64,000 bases of DNA from assembly GCF_001194135.2 (NCBI RefSeq), contig NC_068981.1, positions 32,852,659 to 32,916,658 on the forward strand. The letters run 5' to 3'. Of the stretch, positions 59,801-64,000 are shown one piece after another. The position numbers and the translations under genes are program-made. The stretch is from Octopus bimaculoides (lineage: Eukaryota). Numbering within the stretch: position 1 is the stretch's first letter; each line of letters opens with the position of its first letter. The notes under the pieces were generated by a model that was given only the letters and a program-made list of their open reading frames with translations, searched no databases and had not been told where the DNA came from.

Positions 59801-61653
59801 NNNNNNNNNNNNNNNNNNNNNNNNNNNNNNNNNNNNNNNNNNNNNNNNNNNNNNNNNNNNNNNNNNNNNNNNNNNNNNNNNNNNNNNNNNNNNNNNNNNN
59901 NNNNNNNNNNNNNNNNNNNNNNNNNNNNNNNNNNNNNNNNNNNNNNNNNNNNNNNNNNNNNNNNNNNNNNNNNNNNNNNNNNNNNNNNNNNNNNNNNNNN
60001 NNNNNNNNNNNNNNNNNNNNNNNNNNNNNNNNNNNNNNNNNNNNNNNNNNNNNNNNNNNNNNNNNNNNNNNNNNNNNNNNNNNNNNNNNNNNNNNNNNNN
60101 NNNNNNNNNNNNNNNNNNNNNNNNNNNNNNNNNNNNNNNNNNNNNNNNNNNNNNNNNNNNNNNNNNNNNNNNNNNNNNNNNNNNNNNNNNNNNNNNNNNN
60201 NNNNNNNNNNNNNNNNNNNNNNNNNNNNNNNNNNNNNNNNNNNNNNNNNNNNNNNNNNNNNNNNNNNNNNNNNNNNNNNNNNNNNNNNNNNNNNNNNNNN
60301 NNNNNNNNNNNNNNNNNNNNNNNNNNNNNNNNNNNNNNNNNNAAGAAAAAGAAAATAAGGGGGGAAAGGTTCAGATTACATATAGTCCATCTGGACCGTC
60401 TTTTTCACCTCTACGATGTTGTAAAATTTTAATGAAGAATATCCATTTTTCAGAAAGTTATAAGGAATCAAAGTAAGGGGGGGGGGGAACAACTGTAGTT
60501 ATAGCGATGATGGTTAGCAGGGTCAGGAGTACCCTTCCAGAGGAAAGGGACACACTGTGGTAGGTTTCCAAAATCAGGCTATATAAATGTAGCAGAGAAA
60601 GATATAGCTTGATACAAATAGGGGTTTGCTCTACTAACAAGCAGAACTTTTAGAGTAATGGACGGGACATAATTGTTTCTGGTGTGGCGCAGCTGCTGTA
60701 CGAAATAATAGGACCCAACTGATTAACAAGTAACACGGAATGTAGGGACCACTACTAAAATGATATCTACTCCTCAGAACCAGCTGGTTGCATACCACTT
60801 CTACCCAAGCCCATTCTGGCACCCGTCAACAGACTACGAAAAGCTCAATGGTAAATGTAAAAAGCAATTTAAATTGACAACATCAAGTATATTTTTTTAA
60901 ATATTTTAATGAAAAGAAAACGGTTACGTCCCTTAAAGACTAAAACCAGTGTCGAAGAGAAATAGTTCCAAGACAGAATACCGGAGATTAAATACAAATA
61001 AATGTATTTTAAATAATCTCAGATAACAATTTTCAGAAAATTTTCCTGCAATCACAACACTAATGAAATACTATCGAATTTCATTATGTACTACATGTGT
61101 CATGAAATCACACGATTATTAAACTCATTGAACATAACTTCATTGTATCAGCGAGTTCTATGTAAACAGTAACAAATATAACAGAAAATTTTAATAGAAA
61201 AATTTATATCCTTTTACTAGTTTCAATCATTGGACTGTGGTTAAAATAAACAAAACGTTTCTTTACGTAAAAGTAATTATACTTCGATTTTTAAAACCAA
61301 AAACCTTAATTCATAAACAATGGATGTTTATTTTCGAAACATAAATAGTTACAGATCATATGCTTATATATGATGTTTATAATGACTTTAACCAGAATAT
61401 TCAGGAAAGAAAAAGTATATTGAACGTAAGAAGAAATTTCTAACAGGGCTGATATATATATATACATATATATTTAAGTACAACCACACTATATGAAAAC
61501 AACACGCGCCATTTTTTTAATACTGAGTGCCGCCGGTTAGTACAGTGATCAAATAAATACTATATCCTTTAAAGGCTGGATTGTCAAAATTAGAAAAATG
61601 TAAAATAAAACTCATAAGTAACGAAAACAGAATATATTTTCAAAACTTACCAT
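29447..61653 (-). CDS. SNRPB: Small nuclear ribonucleoprotein-associated protein B/B' (SmB); spliced CDS join(61651-61653,56733-56996,51345-51588,35185-35295,29447-29487), 220 aa
   Basis: The Sm domain is near-identical to human SmB ([54 protein letters not shown]...[23 protein letters not shown]). It is followed by an RG/Gly/Ala region and a Pro-Met-Gly-Arg tail ending PPRP*. All four introns are GT-AG with phases 0,0,1,1, and 3+264+244+111+41=663 nt. Confidence 0.96.
29873..30091. mobile_element. piggyBac-like MITE (TTAA-flanked, about 220 bp)
   Basis: It reads ttaa|ccctttagcatt...aatgctaaagga|ttaa. The same family occurs in the opposite orientation at 40559-40780 and 44529-44736. Confidence 0.85.
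32880..33675 (-). mobile_element. R4/Dong-like LINE 3' fragment (CCHC knuckle plus restriction-like endonuclease)
   Basis: ORF 33198-33671 reads [65 protein letters not shown]. It continues as [31 protein letters not shown]. Confidence 0.85.
35185..35295 (-). CDS. SNRPB: SmB coding exon 4 ([37 protein letters not shown])
   Basis: The exon is bounded by ctgttttag|CT CCT GCT and CCA CCA CCA G|gtatta. It is 111 nt, phase 1-1, and encodes the Pro/Met/Gly/Arg SmB tail. Confidence 0.92.
35463..35510. repeat. Perfect 48-bp palindrome
   Basis: It reads taaaatcaaaataagcaacaggat|atcctgttgcttattttgatttta, with no spacer and no mismatch. Confidence 0.97.
35772..36060. other. Assembly gap (N) in SNRPB intron 3; it could hide a small exon
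   Basis: N run. A second intron-3 gap lies at 38975-39380. Confidence 1.
37055..37420 (+). mobile_element. SINE family A, old CpG-eroded copy
   Basis: The head and body are colinear with 11016-11418, with many CpG positions changed to TpG or CpA. Confidence 0.8.
37497..37663 (+). mobile_element. RTE LINE 3' end copy
   Basis: It reads aaaagcacccactacactctgagtggttggcattaggaagggcatccagctg...gacgttaaacgatgatgatg. Confidence 0.9.
38778..39595. repeat. (ACAT/AT) compound microsatellite with 14-nt periodic blocks, interrupted by a gap
   Basis: It is made of repeats of atacatacatatat and aaatacatacatat. Confidence 0.95.
40559..40780. mobile_element. piggyBac-like MITE copy
   Basis: It reads ttaa|ccatttagcatt...gaatgctaaaggg|tttaa and is homologous to 29873-30091. 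Confidence 0.8.
41215..41685 (+). mobile_element. SINE with family-A head and RTE-like 3' tail
   Basis: The A-type head is followed by (GT)n, a distinct body and the tail ...gcaagcatggaaaaacagatattaaaagatgataatgat, which resembles the RTE 3' end. A related copy is at 57530-57925. Confidence 0.7.
44529..44736. mobile_element. piggyBac-like MITE copy (decayed)
   Basis: It reads ttaa|ccctttaaacc...ctgaatgctaaaaag|ttaa. Confidence 0.75.
47066..47930. mobile_element. Cluster of four SINE family-B copies (three minus, one plus) separated by (TAA)/(TAG) repeats
   Basis: The block tcaaccccgaaaggatgaa..gaatttgaactcagaac..ttctgccagct is repeated at about 47066-47280, 47280-47440 and 47483-47700. A reverse copy lies at about 47733-47930. 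Confidence 0.8.
48096..48259. repeat. Near-perfect hairpin with 79-bp arms (1 mismatch) and 6-nt loop
   Basis: The arm at 48096-48174 is the reverse complement of 48181-48259 except for one position. The loop is tgaacc. Confidence 0.97.
48700..49600 (+). mobile_element. Old RTE reverse-transcriptase fragment (same family as 54135-55695)
   Basis: Frameshifted remnants read [57 protein letters not shown] and CSKITGRF. Confidence 0.75.
51055..51150 (+). mobile_element. Internally deleted SINE family A (head joined directly to tail)
   Basis: It reads ggctgtgtggtaagaagc...ctcagtcccacagtcaaatgactgaaacaagtaaaagaataaaagaat. Confidence 0.8.
51345..51588 (-). CDS. SNRPB: SmB coding exon 3 ([14 protein letters not shown]...GAPPRMQ)
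   Basis: The exon is bounded by ttctag|GAG GGC ATT and ATG CAA G|gttagt, 244 nt. It contains GRAAGRG and [17 protein letters not shown], which match SmB. Confidence 0.96.
51820..52188 (-). mobile_element. RTE LINE 3' end copy
   Basis: It has a (CAT)n tail followed by cgtttaacgtccgctttccatgctag... Confidence 0.88.
53697..53943 (-). mobile_element. RTE LINE 3' end copy
   Basis: It belongs to the same family as 25377-25627 and 51820-52188. Confidence 0.88.
54135..55695 (+). mobile_element. 5'-truncated RTE-clade LINE (RT C-terminal half, 3' UTR, (GAT)n tail), antisense in SNRPB intron 2
   Basis: It encodes [69 protein letters not shown]. Stops are present and the YADD motif is mutated to CADD. 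Confidence 0.93.
56733..56996 (-). CDS. SNRPB: SmB coding exon 2 (Sm1/Sm2 domain, aa 2-89)
   Basis: The exon is bounded by ttcccttttcag|ACG GTG GGG AAA and CCA GCT GAG|gtaggt. It is 264 nt, phase 0-0, and translates TVGKSSK...GPPPAE. Confidence 0.98.
57530..57925 (+). mobile_element. SINE with family-A head and RTE-like tail (decayed)
   Basis: It is colinear with 41215-41685. Confidence 0.65.
58699..59680 (-). mobile_element. Degenerate CR1/L2-group LINE RT and 3' end
   Basis: Minus-strand remnants read [20 protein letters not shown] and [23 protein letters not shown]. It ends in a (CCTAA/CCCTAA)-like tail. The element may continue past the gap at 60343-60830. Confidence 0.7.
59687..60342. 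other. Assembly gap (N) in SNRPB intron 1
   Basis: N run after (GA)n. Confidence 1.
61507..61515 (-). promoter_or_regulatory. YY1-like motif (AAAATGGCG) at the start of SNRPB intron 1
   Basis: The plus strand reads cgccatttt about 140 nt into intron 1. The motif is common near housekeeping gene starts, but it is a short match. Confidence 0.3.
61651..61653 (-). CDS. SNRPB: SmB coding exon 1 (ATG only)
   Basis: The minus strand reads ggcatcaaaATG|gtaagtttt, a good start context followed by a consensus GTAAGT donor. Exon 2 begins at codon 2 (ACG, Thr). Human SNRPB also has an ATG-only first coding exon. Confidence 0.85.
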
Positions 61654-61800
61654 TTTGATGCCGTTGATTAAAAACCAGCAACAACGTGGGTGAAATTTGG
61701 AAATCCCGACTAAAAAACGATTAAATACTGCTTCCTCATTGGCTAATTTATAAGCAGAACAACTTCGCAGTAAATGTAAATCACCGCCGAACATCTCCCT
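61654..61800 (-). promoter_or_regulatory. Putative 5' UTR and core promoter of SNRPB
   Basis: This is a non-repeat, CpG-retaining segment directly upstream of the ATG. It has TATAAA at 61747-61752 and CCAAT at 61738-61742 on the minus strand. The TSS cannot be fixed from sequence. Confidence 0.5.
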
Positions 61801-62061
61801 AACGACATAAAAAAATAAAATCAAGCCGGTTTTCAGTTGATTATATACATTTTATTTATTTCGATTTTGTTATTTTGATTTATAAACAATATATTATAGA
61901 ATTTTAAAAGTAAAATACATATTCAAACTTAAATTCAAGCATGTTTTTACGTTATGCAAATTAAGATCATTTTATTTGTTGTCAGATAGCAAAGCCCTTT
62001 GTAATGAGTACACAATAATTTAGATATGTCTCAGTGTTTTAATATTACTTTATCGATAGGT

Positions 62062-62298
62062 AGAAACGTTGCATGCCGGGCGAAAAAGGCGGCGAGCTAG
62101 CAGAAACGTTAGCATGCCAGACGAAATGCTTAGCAGTATTTCGTCTGTCTTTATGTTCTGAGTTCAAATTCCGCCGAGGCCGACTTTGCCTTTCATCCTT
62201 TCGGGGTCGATAAATTAAGTATCAGTTGTGTACTGGAGTCGATTTTATCGACTGGCCCCCTCCCAAAACTTTCGGCCCTTGTGCCTAGAGCAGAAAAG
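62062..62298 (+). mobile_element. SINE family B with 21-bp TSD, upstream of SNRPB
   Basis: The repeat aatattactttatcgataggt occurs at 62041-62061 and 62299-62319. The head is ggcggcgagctagcagaaacgttagc. Confidence 0.92.
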
Positions 62299-63769
62299 AA
62301 TATTACTTTATCGATAGGTGATAGTTAGAAGTTAAGGCCAATCCTTGAGCTTAAACAAGCTGAAGGCGCAAAACAACAAACCGACATATAACAACAGTTT
62401 ACATTGTATTACATTTTATTTTATGATAAACATGTATACGTTTCAAAACATTTTTCTATATTATCAAATCTTTTATATTATTAAATATAGTTACCATAAT
62501 TAGACTGATATTTTAAATATTTTTGCACAAATCGTTAAGATTTTAAGGGAAATAACTCGAATTGTTTTTTACTGAATTATCTTTCTTAGATTTAGATAAT
62601 TTTGGTTTTAGATTATATTAGTTTAAACTTTTGGCACAAGGCCAGCAATTTCGGGGAGGGGATAAGTCGACTAGACTGACCTCAATGTTCAACTGGTACT
62701 TATTTAATGGACCCCGAAAAGGATGGAAGTTAAGGTCGACTTCAGAAGGTTCTTGATCATATTAAGTAAAGATGTATGTGTTCTTTAAGTTTACGTTAAT
62801 TCAGCTGTTACAGAAGGCAATCACCAAGGAACGAAGGAATATATCAAAGAGTTCAATTTTAAACAGAATTTTGATACATGACCGACATCTAGTCACTTTT
62901 TATATAGTGTGAAAGACCTTTACAACTTCTTACTCATATAACACGTTCACATATTTACCGTTTTCGTGGTAGCAATAACATTTATAACTTCAGATTTCAG
63001 CAAACAGCAGTACAGGCTACAGCGAATTCCATATCACTACCTATAAGACATAAGTGTATATGTATATATATGTGTGTAGAGGGAAGAGGGGGGAGACAAA
63101 TAGATTTCTTACAAATTCCTAAAACAACGCAAATGACTTTTTTTTTTTTTTTTTATTAACTTAACATGCACCAAATTGAGAATCTGTCGGACAGTCATTT
63201 GTTTCGACCACTTGGGCCTCTTTAGTTGTATCTTTTGTATCTCTTTAGCCTGCACTCAAAGCTAATACAGATGCCTTATAAAATTTAATCATTTTAAAAA
63301 ATGAAATGGAAAGTTTTAGATTGCATTTATAAATTGTAGAGAGGTAATATCTCTGTAATACTGTAATGATATTTCTTAAATAGACTTAGCCATGGCTGTG
63401 ATTAAAAAACTCGCTTTGCAAATGTGTACTATTGCACCGGACAGACCCAATGCTTTGTAAGTAGATTTGGTAGACGGGAACTTGACACCCGGTGATGGTT
63501 TGTTTACGTCCTTATGCATTGGCAGTTCGACAAAAAAAAATCACTGATGGAATGGGTACCGGACTTTTAAGAATAATGAATAATTATGTACGGGGACCGA
63601 TTTGTCCGACTAAAGCTTTTAAGGCAGTATCTCAGAATGGTCGCAATCCAGTGACGGAAACAAGTAAAAGACAACAGATGAAACTATGACAACGAAACAA
63701 TTATACAGTGAAAGAGTCGTTTTCGAGATTTCAAAATGCACAAAAATCCGTTATTCTTTATTCTTTTTC

Positions 63770-63968
63770 TTCTTTTATTTGTTTCAGTCATTTGACTGCG
63801 GCCATGCTGCAGCACCGCCTTTAGTCGAACAACTCGACCACAGGACTTATTCTTTGTAAACCTAGCACTTATTCTATCGGGTCTTTCGCCAAGCCACTAA
63901 GTTACAGGGACGTAAATACACCAACATCGGTTGTCAAGTGATGGTGGGGGACAAACACACATACACAC

Positions 63969-64000
<32 letters not shown>
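63770..64000 (-). mobile_element. SINE family A 3' half (continues beyond the window)
   Basis: It is the reverse complement of 11200-11418. Confidence 0.9.

Noticed and set aside
29488-61650. Intronic C/D-box snoRNA (human SNRPB hosts SNORD119)
   Set aside because: I checked RTGATGA hits on the minus strand (33910, 50566, 50663, 57097). None has a CTGA D box at a suitable distance with a terminal stem. H/ACA RNAs cannot be excluded by eye.
1-64000. CRISPR arrays, operons, rRNA or other prokaryotic systems
   Set aside because: The sequence is intron-rich animal DNA, with no regularly spaced repeat-spacer array or rRNA-like sequence.

Overview
This is AT-rich, microsatellite- and repeat-dense animal genomic DNA with eight N gaps. 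The SINE and RTE-LINE families look like those of octopus or another coleoid cephalopod, which I infer from recognition of the repeats, not from a search. I can support one protein-coding gene: SNRPB (spliceosomal core protein SmB/B') on the minus strand. It has five coding exons, join(61651-61653, 56733-56996, 51345-51588, 35185-35295, 29447-29487), all with GT-AG introns and matching phases, giving 663 nt and 220 aa ([19 protein letters not shown]...[13 protein letters not shown]). The rest is transposon debris and simple repeats: RTE, R4/Dong-like and CR1/L2-group LINE fragments, at least three tRNA-headed SINE families, a pogo deletion derivative and TTAA piggyBac-like MITEs. Nearly all ORFs in the supplied track are microsatellite or gap artefacts. 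I found no CRISPR array, rRNA, true tRNA or snoRNA. The best leads all concern the SmB locus. First, the intron that carries the vertebrate autoregulatory poison exon is absent, while introns 3 and 4 contain several candidate stop-introducing or alternative last exons. Second, three near-perfect fold-backs (79-bp, 70-bp and 24-bp arms) and inverted repeat pairs lie in or next to the pre-mRNA and could be ADAR substrates. Third, a CpG-depleted domain covers the gene body and runs about 3.5 kb past the poly(A) signal. These are hypotheses from sequence reading only, and none is shown to be novel.
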